DNA from: Podarcis liolepis
Taxonomy: Eukaryota
Length of the DNA: 64,000 nucleotides
Strand: one strand, 5' to 3'
NCBI GenBank assembly: GCA_965112155.1
Contig: OZ218100.1
Shown piece after piece: positions 13,501 through 26,591 of the stretch. How positions within the stretch are numbered: position 1 is the stretch's first letter; each line of letters opens with the position of its first letter. The notes below the pieces were generated by a model that had not been told where the DNA came from, made no database searches, and saw nothing but the letters and a program-made list of their open reading frames with translations. A program made the position numbers and the translations under genes.

Positions 13501-14656
13501 TAAATCCTCTGTAACAGTAACAGCTGCAACAGCCGAAGAACAAGTTATTGCAGAGAATGTCACAGTTACGGAAACATTAACTGAAAACCTGCAGTCTGTC
13601 CTAGAGGAGCCAAAAGAAACCACGTTCAAAACAGTCCAGCAGGTGAGCTTTGCTCAACCAGGACTTGGGGCTCTAGGTCCTGATAAGGATACAGTGTCAT
13701 GGTCTGGGAAAGCAAATTCAGTGGTAGAGGAGGCAGTTTTAGCAGCAGTAACATGCACCAAAGATGATTTGATCCAGAAGTCTGTATTGGATTCCAGCCC
13801 AGAAATGAAGCTTCAGAGATTAGAATCAAGTCAAGAAGGTGAAAGAAAGACACCTCCAGAAAGAAGCCCCTCTTTAACTCATATAGAATTTCAAAAAGAT
13901 GTGGTTCAATCGGTGACTATAGAGTCACAGAGTACAAAAATTGTGCTGAAAATCATCCAGAATGCTGTTGATACATTGGAGGAAACAGAAGAGTTGCCAT
14001 CTGTGTCAAAGCAACAGAGTGAGCCATTTTTAAAGAGTGTAAATAAATCTGAAATTCAGGAAAGTTTGCAGACTGGTCAGATTCTTCCTGTAAAAGGCAG
14101 AGGAGAGAAAAATCTAGAGATCCAGCCATCAACTATAATTTTAACTCAATCTGCAGAGAATCAAGAGGCCTTCAAAGTGGCAGAAGAAATGCCTGATAAA
14201 TCTGAAGACGCTAAAATGAAACTGATGTTGCAGCCAGATGAACGATCAGGCACTGTGACAACACTAGCACAAGACCCTCAATCTCTGAATGAAATTGTGA
14301 AAGAAATTAAACAAGAGACAGATTTCCAGAAAGAAAATGGTGAACCAAAGCTGCATTCTGCAGGGGATATAGCCACTCCAACAGAGATTCAGAGACCAGC
14401 AGTAGAAGATACTGCCTCAGGAGATCTAACCAAAGAGTCACTTGAAGTGGCCCAACCAAGGCTGACGGATGTAGAAGCTGGGCAGACTGTTCAGATCCAA
14501 CAGCAGTTTATAGAACAACAAACACCTGTGAAAAACAAAGATGACCACAGCCAGTCAACAGGATTCGTGGAGACATGCACAGAGAAAGATTTAAATAATC
14601 AAGACTACACCATCAGTGAGAGTCCACAGCTAAGCTTAGAGCTCACTGAATCCTGA
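7566..14656 (+). CDS. AKAP12: AKAP12 (gravin/SSeCKS) giant coding exon, 5'-partial (upstream exons outside window)
   Basis: Acceptor ...ctcctacag|TTGGACAAAGAGAA (VGQRE, phase 1). Polybasic domains DVGFKKVFKFVGFKFTVRK, SPLRKFFTQGWAGFRKR and GSPLKKLFTSSSLKK. Three WSK motifs (WASFKKMVTP, WESFKRLVTP, WVSFKKLMPG). PKA-RII helix IESQSTKIVLKIIQNAVD. C-terminus ELTES*. Exon continues to 14664, followed by GTAAGT. Confidence 0.97.
13919..13981 (+). other. AKAP12: AKAP12 PKA-RII-binding amphipathic helix
   Basis: IESQSTKIVLKIIQNAVDTLE matches the gravin RII-binding helix pattern (human LETKSSKLVQNIIQTAVD, from memory). Confidence 0.85.
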
Positions 14657-16097
14657 GGTTTAATGTAAGTATCTACTATTTAAATTCAGAATAATTAACT
14701 ATTTTCAGTGGCTTTTAAAGCTAGATAACTGAGCTAGATAACTTGCTATCAGAACTACAAATTGTGGTTCAATATTTCATTGTCAAATGGCTTAGAACAG
14801 GTTTTCAGTTTCTTGTTTGAGAGACTGTACTTAGTATTTAGTATTTTTAAAGAAATATCTCTTAAGCTGTCTTTTGCATTCAATTGAACTTCAGAATTTA
14901 ACTTTGTTCCAGGTAACAAGTTTCCCTAATATGCAGGCTGTTTATGGGACAAAGCTTGACTCCTCGTGCATATGCTTGCCTTCATATGGCCTGGTTAGCG
15001 CCTAATGGCACAATGGGAGCAAAACAACTGGTTTTCTAAATGTGCACCAGCATGCTTGCTTGCTCATACTAACCCATTTTTTTTGGCCTAGAACTATGTG
15101 TGAACTAAGCCTGTGAAGATTTATTATTTTGCCATCACTTTCAAAGGACGTTCTTTAAAAGAACAGTGAAGCCTAGAGGAGGAGGCCTTCACACAACTTA
15201 AAGCCATATACAGCTGTGGCTGAACAGGAAATGTTCATTTCTGTAATTACAACAGATGGCTTTATGGCATTGTCCTAGTCTGTTACCCCCCCCCCCCCGA
15301 ATGATGCAGCAGGTTAACAGGATATATTCAGAGCCCCAATTTTACTCGGGTTTGTAGAAGCAACTTGAGTCTCTTACCCTTTTATTAAGGTGGTCTGAAA
15401 CTCTTCTTACCATAAGGTTCCTGTGAGGCTTAACTGTACAGTTTTAATCGCTACCCAAGCTTTTTTTATATACACTTTTCCCTTGCCCTAGGATATATCC
15501 AGTGACCAGCACCATGTAGTTGCTCCACTCACAATGCTGTTTTAGCTGTCCCCACCTTAAATCTTATCTGCTGTGGCTGGGCCTGTATTTGCTGCTGTGT
15601 GGGCTTGCCTCTCCTCCCCCATCCCACATATTGCCTTATATGCAGGTGGGAGCTGAGTCAGCATCTTCAGGCTGTTCCTGCAGCCATACCACGTCCTCTC
15701 TAGCACAATAATCAGATCTAGTAAGATAGCAGCCAAGGCTGTTCCTGGCTACCTCCCAATAGGTTTCTTAATGTAAAAAGAGGAGTCAACCGCATATTCC
15801 TCAGCTGTGCTTAGAGCATACCTATCACAAGCAAACTATCGGACAAATCGAAACACCGATTAAAGCTAATCACTGCTTGCCTGCTTCTTTTGCTTACCGA
15901 CTACTGCAGGGAAGATGAACCTGTGGTTGTCCAGTGGTTATTGGAGTTCAGTTCCTTCAGTTTCAGCCAGCATGGTGAAATACCAAGTAAGGGTTGTACA
16001 GTAGTCCGACATTTGGATGGCCACAGGTTTCCCACCTTTGCACCACTGCATTCTCCTTTTTTTTCTGGCAAGGGAAAGTTAACAATTCAGCCTTATA

Positions 16098-16233
16098 CAG
16101 GCTTCCTCAAACTCTGCCCTCCAGATGTTTTTGGCCTGCAACTCCCATGATCCCTAGCTAGCAGGACCAGTAGTCAGGGATGATGGGGATTGTCGTCTCA
16201 AAACATCTGGAGGGCCGAGTTTGAGGAAGCCTG
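16098..16233. mobile_element. Palindromic hAT MITE (136 bp)
   Basis: CAGGCTTCCTCAAACT...AGTTTGAGGAAGCCTG. 8-bp TSD GCCTTATA on both sides (16090-97, 16234-41). Confidence 0.93.
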
Positions 16234-16269
16234 GCCTTATAGCTGGGTGCTGGAGGCAGGAATAAATTA

Positions 16270-16478
16270 CAGTGGTACCTTGGGTTAAGTACTTAATTCA
16301 TCCCAGAGGTTTGTTCTTAACCTGAAGCACCACTTTAGCTGATGGGGCCTCCTGCTGCTACCGCGCCGCTGGAGCACGATTTCTGTTCTCATCCTGAAGC
16401 AACATTCTTAACCCAAGGTACTATTTCTGGGTTAGCGGAGTCTGTAACCTGAAGTGTATGTAACCTGAGGTACCATTG
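16270..16478. mobile_element. Tc1/pogo-type MITE, family C
   Basis: TA|CAGTGGTACCT...AGGTACCATTG|TA. Homologous to 52193-52407 and 44956-45126. Confidence 0.9.
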
Positions 16479-16829
16479 TACGCTGCTTATGTCATGAGAT
16501 TTTGCTAACTTTTCCAAGCTGAAAAACACATCGTTAGCCCCTTTTTAATGCTACCTTAGGTTGGTGAACGGTTAGTCTGTCCTGCCTTTAAGGGCTTATG
16601 ACTGAGTCATCTCCAGCCTGGGCAGTTTCCCACATAGTGCCACTGTTGCCAGCCGCTGCATAGCAGCATCATGCTTAACTACTGACTGCTTCCATTGATG
16701 TGGCATCTAGTTTTGGTTCATGATGTGCATAGAAAAAATCTATTATAATATGATGGTACTGCCATCTCTCTGGATAAAAGGCTCGGGCTGCAATATTTTG
16801 TTGATTTTTCTTTACTTCTGTTTCCACAG

Positions 16830-19800
16830 TTCTGGAAAAGTTGTGTCTTTATATTTGGAGGGACCAGTTCCTGAAGCAGCAGCAGAAGATAATGGATTCT
16901 GTTTTAATTGGGTTGGAGGTCACTGATTTGGAACAGAGAACAGATGTCTGATGTCATTCTGAGAAATATACCTGACAATCCTGAGATATCATCAGGAGCT
17001 TGAACCGTCGTCTTTTACTATTGATTGTCAACACTTGCTCTTCACAATATTCTTTTATATTTTTTTGCTGATGAGTTGGAGTGGGGGGCAGAAAGTGTTA
17101 ACTTTTGCTGAAATGACGTCCATACCTTAACCTGGGAAGGAAGTTGGCATCTTTTAAGCTCCCCATTTTATCAGTGCTTCCAAAACTGGATTGTAATTCT
17201 TTGTGTATTTATGTGTATATCTTCAAGCAAAATCCAATTTTAATGTATATTTCCTCCTCTTTATATGTGGAAAGAAAAAGAAAGAAAGAGAACGAAAGAA
17301 AATGATCTCACTTGTCTCACCCAGTAAAGAAACAATATATGTGACCAATAGGGAAGAATTGTGAGCTACAGTTGGCCACAGATAGATCAGAATACATTTG
17401 CATTGGCTTTCCATGGTGTAGAATGGTGTGAGAACCATGTTTAATGTTGTATTGGGTCTTGATTTGGTACAAGTCATACTCAAAAGGCATAGTTTTGCTT
17501 TGGAATAGTTGTGTTACTGGTTTACTAAACAGGACTTTATTTTCCATCACCTTTTATAAGCATGGCACTATGGCATTGTGTGTTGAAAATATGTCAGTTA
17601 CATTCAAATGGAGAGTTAGGTGTACTTAAAAAGAAAGATTTCAGTGTACTTAAGCCTTCCTAAGTCTGCACTGACTTTCACATTTATCTGAGTACAGTTT
17701 AATTCTAAGGGAAAGTGGAAAGTCTCTAGAAGCCAGACAAATAAATAGCCCCATCAATGTTTCTTCGGCCTTCCCTTAGTCCATTTAAGAAACTGTCATA
17801 CCATCATAACTTTAGGCAAATGCTGAACTGGTTTGAAGCTATCAAGAAAAATAAAGATGGTTCAATTTTTAGCGTAACATTTAATGCTCTCCTGTTTTTG
17901 GAACATCCATGTCATGAAGTAAGACAATTTATTTTCAAAAGGTTTTTGATGAGTAAAGGATTATGTTTGCTCTATATGTGTGTCCCCTCAGTAGGAAAGT
18001 ATATTTCATTATGCTTGTGTACATTTAGAAAACTCTGATTTCTGAAAAGTGATTTAAACAAAAATTTGGCTTATACTGAGCTTATACTGAGCTCTTAATT
18101 AATAATTTTAAAAGCCCCAGAATTTAGGAAACATTGAGCAGGAGTCACTCTTCTGTTTTGTTAATGGAGAATTGCAGAGTTTAGTACTGGTCAGTATAGG
18201 TTGTGCATAAAACTGGGCAGGCTTGAAATGCTAAATAATTGAAAGATAATTAAAATATTCAAAGCATCTAGTGTTTGATCTTCTAGACACCAAACATGTC
18301 TAGCTGGTCAAGTTATATTGCACTTTGTAGCCTTCGTACCTGTCTCAGCTGTGTCTTGCATGGCTCAGCAGCTTCATTGTCCTACATGTATAGTAATTTA
18401 TTTGGAAATTATCTAAGTGAGCCAAATAAGACCTTTGGGGAGCTGCACAATGAGTAAAGAAAGAAAAATGTCACTGGTCTAATAGTACCATCTAGTGGTT
18501 GCTGTATGCATAATATAGCTTAGAAATACTTTTAGCTAACAATACTGCCTTTCTTCAAATAGAATATGGAAAGTTGTGAGTTTTTAAAATTCATCTAACT
18601 TACCTGGAACAGCTCTGCTAATAAAATGCAAAATAATAATATGCAATTTTCTCAGTGTATTGGCAAAATTTGCAGTTCTGCGATGAAGTAGCCGATTTAT
18701 GAAAATTAAAAATGGAACAATGCTTTTTATAAACCCTCTTAAAAGGTATAAAGACAACAGGGTTTCTTTGAACATCAGAAAAGTGAAACACTAATACATC
18801 AGTTTGTTTCAAAATATAACTCTGAAATAATTTTAAATAGCTAGGTGGATAAGAAAGGTGAGTGGCCATTATTTAAACATGTACGTTATCTACAGCCGTT
18901 CTTTCAGTTTCAATTACTGCCTTCTCTGACGAAGATCCACTGGTGTCACCGTGCAAGAAATAATAACATCATTTTGGTGTAATCATTGAACCCTTTTGGA
19001 TTACAGAGTTGCCAAACTGGCAGCCTGGATAATTGTTTAGCTTTCAAATTAGCCCATGAGTTGGGCCAGGAAGTACTGAATAGTAAATTGCGGTGGGTGG
19101 GTTCCCCCATCTCTTTACTGGCAGCTATTGAGCAGTGCTGCCAGAACAGATGGCAGCTGCTTGCTAGTAAGCCCCCTCCATCTCTGTCTCTTGATTGCAG
19201 CTAGTACACACGGTGTAACAGTGGCAAGGTATTCTCTCCCAACCCACCTCCCTAGGCCCATCAACTGAAGACTCTCCATGTATCTGCTAACTTTTCTCCA
19301 AAACGATGGCCTCCCCCCACCCCCAATAACACCACTTTTGTGAGCAGTTTGCTTGTTCAGTTTGGATCAAGTTTGGGATAAATGTGTCTTACATTTGTAA
19401 GACAGGGTAGGAGAGAATAATCAAAACCAGTAACCCTTTCACTCCTAGTGGGTGCTAGCCCATGAAGCCTCTTCACTAAGCAAAACAGTGAGCTAGTGAA
19501 TAGCACCGCATCAATCTGTCTCCCTGAAAAGTAGGTGGTGTATGTATGTACACAAGTTAGCACGTGCATCTCTCTGGACTTAGTGTGATAAGCTATGAAC
19601 TTCTTGATATGAATGAATTTGTAAGAAAGTTTAGTTTATTCAGTGCAAAATGGAAACTTTAAAAAGTATTGAAGGTTAAAGCTCAATGGCCTCCAAGAAG
19701 AAGAAAAAAAAGAAATACAGGTAGGCGCTTGTTTGTGGATCAGTTAGATGTATTCCATGTGTGTGTCTACAGTGTGTACAAATGTGTAAAACATTCAGTA

Positions 19801-20715
19801 ACATGGTGTGTTCCAAAATTATTTGGGGGAATCTTTGGTTCTCCCCCACCTTAGTGGCAGCTTCCCCAGTTAGAGTATGAATTAGAAAGTTTGTTCTGAT
19901 TGCCAAATGCTATTTTGATCACTTTCATTGCGTGCTTTACAACAAGTCTGTCAAAGTCATTGTCCCTGAACCTCATGTGGCCTACCAGTCATGGGTTTAG
20001 TTGATGCCTGATGAACCTTTCATAGCCGAAGGGGACCTTGAAATAAGTTTATCTCACACCCGGCAGGCCACAAAACATGGCCTGTGAATTTCACAGCCCT
20101 GTTTTACAGTGCTAAGCAAATGGAAAACCTGCTGTGAAATGTAATGTGTGTATGGAAAGCCATATTGCAGTAGCTGCAACAAGCTAAATAATAATAATAA
20201 AACAATGGCATGGCCTATGTTATCCTGGTTCTAATCTTTATAGCTCTGAGGCTGTTAATAAATATGTAAAGTTATCTAAACATTTAAATAAAACCTAGTA
20301 ATCACAATGTAAATTACCTGGCTAGAAGTTGGGGAACAAGCGCTTAGTTCTTGCTTGGGTTTTTTTAAAAAAAATACTGATCTAGGGCCTTTCTAAGCAA
20401 TGCAAAGAACACAAATCACATTACCAATATTTCTGCTTTTAACTGACCCGTCTCCAAAAACCAAAAGCACCAATAGATTTTTTTCCATGGTGCAGGGAGC
20501 ATGTCTCCATACACAGATACTGCTTTGTTACAGTGTATTGCTTTGGCCTCAGAAATACTCAAGACGAGGCTGCAAACTTTTAGCTTGTGCCACAACTCCA
20601 AGCTTTTGCAGTTTCTTCTTAATCCAATGTATTGGATTAACCGATACTTTGATTTTATATGTTGTTTTTAAGGTAGATTTTCATGGACTAAATAAAATAC
20701 AAACACAATTCATGC
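16830..20715 (+). other. AKAP12: AKAP12 terminal non-coding exon (3' UTR); 3' end approximate
   Basis: Strong pyrimidine tract and acceptor tttttctttacttctgtttccacag|TTCTGG at 16829/16830. Repeat-poor AT-rich sequence. AATAAA at 20691-20696 followed by a GT-rich tract; an alternative AATAAA lies near 17740. Confidence 0.65.
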
Positions 20716-22191
20716 TCACTGTGTCGTTTGTCATTCTTATAATTGCTGTTCTTTGTAGTCTCTTTGTCATCACACTGATGGGATTTGTACCTGAGACGAG
20801 CAACTTTGAGAACTTCTAGCCAGGGAACTAGCATTCATCTTTTCCTGAAAGCTGAGGGGCCCATGAAATAACACCATTACTCCATTGATCCCAAGAAATG
20901 GTGGAATGCACCAACTGGGTAAGGGAAAATCAGGCTTTGGCTTGTGACAAGGACCACTTGCAGAAGCATTTTCAGGTGCACATAAAGCTATGGGATTCCC
21001 TACTGCTTTAAATGCCAAATTGCAGCCTGGGCATCTCGGAAATACCAAAACCTTTTGGTTTAAGACTAAATTGTGGTTGTGGGGTATTAGTATAGCTTGC
21101 TTTTTGCAATCCTAAACAGTTACTCTGAAATTCTCAGTGGAACATGCTTTTATGTACATATATTTAGGGTCAGGTGATTATCTGCATTTTTATTACATAG
21201 AAAGAATTCATGATATTGTTGCAAATAACCCTTGCTAAATATACACTGGCAGCAAGCGTTGTTAAAGCAATCCACCATATGATCCACACTAATGCAGCTA
21301 CAGTAAGATTCTGTGCAGTTGTTTCATTTATGAAAATTGCTACTAATGGAGCATGTTCAGCAATTCTGAAGACTTGCAGAACAGAAGAGCATCTAGTGTG
21401 TTTGCGCTAATTGTGCAATGGTGTAGCAGTTGTAACCCATCCACATTTCTGGACAGTGCAGCAGCTTAGGTTCTTAGAATGTGAACATCTAGAAATGGAA
21501 ACATTTCTGTTTTGCATTAGCATTGTCTTTATAATATCTGTTCCAATAACATTTGCACTCTATGCAGTTTAGTTCCTCCCCTTTAATCCACTGTCATTCA
21601 AATAGCTTGTCGTTCCTAAAGGATTTTGGAGACCCAAGTCCTCACTGCCTACTAGTACAAAGCAAATATTAAATGAGATTAGATTAATGCAGAATAAACG
21701 AAGAATGGATTTGGCATGCCCATGATCCTGCCCTTATGCATGCTAACATCTTTTGCAATAGAAACAGTGTGATGGGGTATCGCATAACAAACCCTGCTAT
21801 TTCAACTTGATAGCCTTGACAAGAGATGCTCGGTACAATATCTGCAAGCTTTATGAACATGCCAAAAGGGCAATTACATTACAATTAGAATAATATCACT
21901 GAACCTAAAGGTAAACGTGCAGACCCAATCCAGGCTAAAATGGTGATTTCGGGATGAATTTAGAGAAAAATTGAGAATGTGGTCAGTCCCTGATCCCAAT
22001 CCACCCCCCAAAAGTGTCTCCTCTTTTCAAAACTGATGTTTTTCAAAAATCAAAAGTGTCACCCATTTGATTTTTAGATTTCACCGCCTCCACAAGCTTC
22101 ACTGTGCCACAAGCCACCCCATTCACCAAGTGCCTTGAACTGCCAACAGGTTTGGGGTGGGAAAAAGGGGGGTTGGGGAAGTCTACAAGTA

Positions 22192-22360
22192 CCGTATTTT
22201 TCGCTCTATAACACGCACCCGACCATAACACGCATGTAGTTTTTAGAGGAGGAAAATCCGTAGGCATGCCACCCGTAGGCATTTCCTCCATAACACGCAC
22301 AGACATTTCCCCTTACTTTCTAGGAGGAAAAAAGTGAGTGTTATGGTGCAAAAAATACGG
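22192..22360. mobile_element. Tc2/pogo-type MITE (CCGTA termini)
   Basis: TA|CCGTATTTTTCGC...GCAAAAAATACGG|TA. Internal ATAACACGCA repeats. Confidence 0.88.
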
Positions 22361-23559
22361 TACCTTTCCATGGCTTTTCACTGAATTTAACCCTTAGATA
22401 GCAATCATTTGCATATATTTAGGTGTAAGACCCTTTGAAAGCAGTGGGACTTTGAGGTTTTTTTTAAATAGACTTAATAGTCAATCTTTTAGAGTGCATC
22501 AAAAGGGGGGGGGGCTTCAAATTAGCCTGTGTAAGGCATTCCAGATATATAGCCATCATGGTACCAACTTAACTTCTTTCACCAGTGAACCAGAGCTGAT
22601 TTAAAAGGTTAGGTGCCTAGAGGTACAGGTGATCTTTCTAAGTAGCCAGGCCCCAAACTCTTTATAGAGCTGTGAAGGTTAATGCCAGCACTTCATAAAT
22701 TAAATGGAGCCTAGAATTTAATAGGCAGCAAGTAATTTGTGCCACTGACTTCAGTGAGGCTGTGTGGATCTGAGTAGCCCCTTACGGTGGACAGCCAACC
22801 TATACCACTTGAAATTGCAGGTGGTAAAACATGTATCTTATTGCGCCACTTTGTAAATTTCCTATAAATAGCACAGCAAGGAAGGGGCTCAACTAGCCCC
22901 TTATTCCCTGTTGTACCTAAAGGGAGCTTGGTTTAAACATGCAACACATGTCCTTGTAGTCTGAATTGGTATAGCGCGCACACAGGCTAGCTTTGACATT
23001 TTCTGGAGTGGGGCTCTGTCACGAGTGTGAGGCAGTGTGCTTTTTAAATTTCTGGGGTCCAAGCAAACGATAACTGAGTAAAGGGTAGGAACAGTGGGGA
23101 CACACTCTGTGTATAGGTCTTCACATGCAGCTTCCTGGATCAGGAACTTTGTTTAAACATGGCGACTACATTTTTTTCTTTGTGGACTCTGAGCTGCAGT
23201 CATGAAATCTGATATCTAAGAACATGCTTACCTCTAGGCCTTCAATTTTTTAAAGAGAAAGCCTTACAGTTCGATTCTATCCCTTCACATGCTTGATCTG
23301 ATGCAAGCATAGGCCCATGACAGAACAGTTACATTCTGTGTGTCCCTTTCCAGAGTGGCTGTGCAGTGCAGTAATTTGGGGACATAAGAGGCCCATGATC
23401 ACGAACTGCATAGACTTTCCCCTTGCAAACACACACATTTCCCACATCAGTTGTTCCTGCTGCTTTGGCCCCCAAACAGCCTCGTGCTGCATGCTGAGTT
23501 CATTTCTAAGATCTGCACAGCATGTACGTATGATCAGCTCACATTCAATCACCTTTGAC

Positions 23560-25225
23560 TTGACAAAAATCAAATTTTATTTTATACTTTTTTATTCCAT
23601 AAAATAATGTATAAAAACTTACAAACTGGAAAACATAACTAGACACAAAATAGGATGATACTCAAATAAAACATGTATACAAAAGCAGATTTGTATCTGC
23701 CTCTCTCTCCCCCATCAAAACACACACTGCCCCCATTTCTGGTGGAATGCCTCTGTTTCTTGAAACTTTCCCACCAGGACAATTGACCTTTCAATGGACT
23801 CCCTCCTCTCAGGTTATTTATACTATTGGAGAATATTATTATATTTATATATTAAAAAGATAAAAATCAGCAACTTGATTTTAAATTTGCATACGGTACT
23901 ATCCAGAGCAGAAACTTGAATGTACACTGCGTCCCCTTTATTCCTTTTTGCACTTTGACTGGTGCCCAAATTGAAGGAACACAAAGAATATATAGCTTTC
24001 CACTCAATGTTGCACTGTTACTTAAAAACCAACCATGATACAGTTTCATCATTATACCATTTGCTATGTTACAAGAGGATGCCAGTAGCTAAATATTATT
24101 TAAGACCAGATTTCCTTTCCCTTAATTCCTACATGTTAATCACATAAACTCAGATTGCTGCTTTGATAAAATAAAAAAGCCACAATGTTTTTCCTTTTCC
24201 AGTTACACTATAAAGGCTCAAATCTATTATTCCCACATTTAGCACAGGGCTCACTATGTACAATTCTTCTAATCTCTGATTTCCTTCACGTTTTGGGTGA
24301 TAGCACTGTTCATCATTATCAATTACTAGTCAGCAGGATAAAAAAAATGCATACACCCTGTACCAATTCAAATGTAAATATGCTTTTAAAAAGGACCAAT
24401 TTGTGAGACGTTACAAGCAGTGGCCGGTTTGGAAAGGGTGCATGCACACATTTTACCTGCATTTACCTGAAGTACACATACACACACATACATACATACA
24501 TTTTTATGCATATAAAACGATTGCCATCACATTATTACTGCTATTTTAGCAAAATCTGGTCCTAAACACATTTATCTGGAAGTTTTAAGTCCCACTGCAG
24601 TTAGTGGGGTTGACTACCAAGTCACTGCGCTTGGAGTCAAGCCTTAATAATACATTTTTAATGGACATAATGTCAATGAAGTTACCTGGAAACAAACACT
24701 TGACAATAATCATGTAGATTAAAATAGTGTTCTTGGTTCATTAAGGGAATTTCCAAGCTTTTGTAAAATGACAACTTTACACAGCTTATAGGTGTGTAAC
24801 CGTGAGAATTTTGTATCTTCGGTATTCCCTCAAAATGCTATTTGTTGAGAGAAAATATTGTAGTTTAATGAACATGTTTAGTTTCCTTTCTGTCTTCTTC
24901 TCACATTGCATCTCACTGCATTCAAGTATATATATATAGAAACAGTCTTAGAACTCGCTTAGAGTATGTTACAGATGCATTTTAGCATTATTCACATAGT
25001 TAGCTGAGTTACCCTTATACATTTTCTTCTTGGTTAAAATCAATTGTTATAATGTGATACAACACCCTTTATTAATTTTATACTTTTGCTGGAAAAAGGA
25101 ACAGAGCCAGACTTCCTTCCATGTCAGTGTAGTTATGGTTGTGGGGAGGGGAGGAGGATTGGTTTAGTAAAAATGAGTAAGACAAACTGTTTTCTTAAAA
25201 AATAATAATGATATGAGCCTCACAG
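23560..25225 (-). other. ZBTB2: ZBTB2 3' UTR (end approximate)
   Basis: Follows the stop at 25226. Two AATAAA signals on the minus strand (plus-strand tttatt at 23576-23581 and 23591-23596). Confidence 0.65.
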
Positions 25226-26591
25226 TCAGTCTAACAACACTGCTTCCTGTTCTTTTTTGATAGAGTCTAAGACCGAATGGTCACTCTCTGTGGTTTCAGC
25301 ATCCCCACCACCTAGCAAAATGGATCTATCCTCGTCTAGAGTAAAGACAGAGTTCTGACTTTGGCACGAATGTTTGACGACTTCATTAGGCGTGGAGAAC
25401 GTTTTGTCACACAAGTTGCATTTATAGGGTTTGTTGGTCTGTACCAACATGTTGTCCATTTGGTTGCCTTCCTCAAAAGTACAAAGCTCCAGAGTCTGCT
25501 TGTCCACCATGGTGTAGGTGTCCATGCTTTGGTTTAGACATACATGTCGAGCAGCTTGATTGGCCCGGCAGAAGCTTTTGTCACAGGTGCTGCACTTGAA
25601 AGGCTTGCCAGTATGAATGTACATGTGCTCCCTCCAGTGGCTTTTCTGAATAAATTTGCGCCCACAAATGGAACACTCGTACTTCCGCCTTTTAACTTCC
25701 CTTTCTTGATCTGCTTGCTCCAAGTTGTCTATGTCAGCAATGTCAGAGGGTGGCGGTGTTTCAGCCTGCGGTTGTCCATCAATGATGGGTGAATCCGAGA
25801 TCTGCTGCAGCTCACTATCACTAATCATTCCAGCTTCAGCAACTTCCATAGAATCTTTTTCAGGAGCGTTATTACAAAGAGATAAAGGAACGCTACTTTC
25901 CCCGTGCTGGCTTGATGAGAAAGGCACCCCTGTGTGAATCTGGAGATGCTCACGCAAACTACTTCGCAAATTGAATCGCCGACCGCAGAGGTGACAAGCG
26001 TAGTATTTGGGGAAGCTTCCGTTCTTTTTCATAATGCTTGGCTTGACGTGTGCAATTGTGAGAGAAGCAGGCTGATCATCTGAGGAGGAGGCTTCCATGT
26101 TGTTTTCATCACCTGGAGGAGAAGGATGAGGAGCAGTAGAAACCAGTTCAGGAGACAATGGAGGCTGTAATGAGTCTGAAGTGGACATATTTGTTGGGGG
26201 CACTTGAGGCAGCGGTGGTGGTGGTATCTGTGACAGTTGGGTGGCTTCATGCATCTGTTCTTGATTTGCTCTTGATGACTGTGGCCTTGGTCCTCGAACA
26301 GGTTTGTCAGTTGTGGCGGCTGCTTTTGTGGAATTTCTTGCCTGGTGATCCGCAATCTGAATACCGTATAATGAAGATGCCAATGGAAAAATCTGCTCCG
26401 GGTGTGTAAAATTTCCTTGACTGGCAAGGCTAGCCTCTTGAATAAGCGGGAACGCATGCAGAAACTTTATTCCTTGCTCCAATCGAACAGGATCGATGAG
26501 CTGAGGTGCCATTTTTCCAGTGTACATCAAATGTAAGAGATAGCTGAAAATATCTGGCTGTATGTCAGTTGCCTTCAAACGGACACATTCA
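25226..26591 (-). CDS. ZBTB2: ZBTB2 coding exon 2 (end of BTB domain, C2H2 zinc fingers, stop)
   Basis: Acceptor ttctttcag|TGAATGTGTCCGT (S-ECVRLKATDIQPDIFSYLLHLMYTG). Zinc fingers YACHLCGRRF..HLQIH, YECSICGRKF..HMYIHTGKPFKCSTC. Ends IKKEQEAVLLD*. 173+1366 nt = 512 aa plus stop. Confidence 0.97.

Noticed and set aside
7987-13853. Multiple Ser/Thr/Phe-rich minus-strand ORFs (up to 303 aa)
   Set aside because: Antisense shadows of the Glu/Lys-rich AKAP12 frame, with no independent domain content.
26576-26578. 450-aa ORF start MKATDIQ as the ZBTB2 N-terminus
   Set aside because: The codon is TTG (Leu) inside the exon. The true start is at 27218 in the previous exon.
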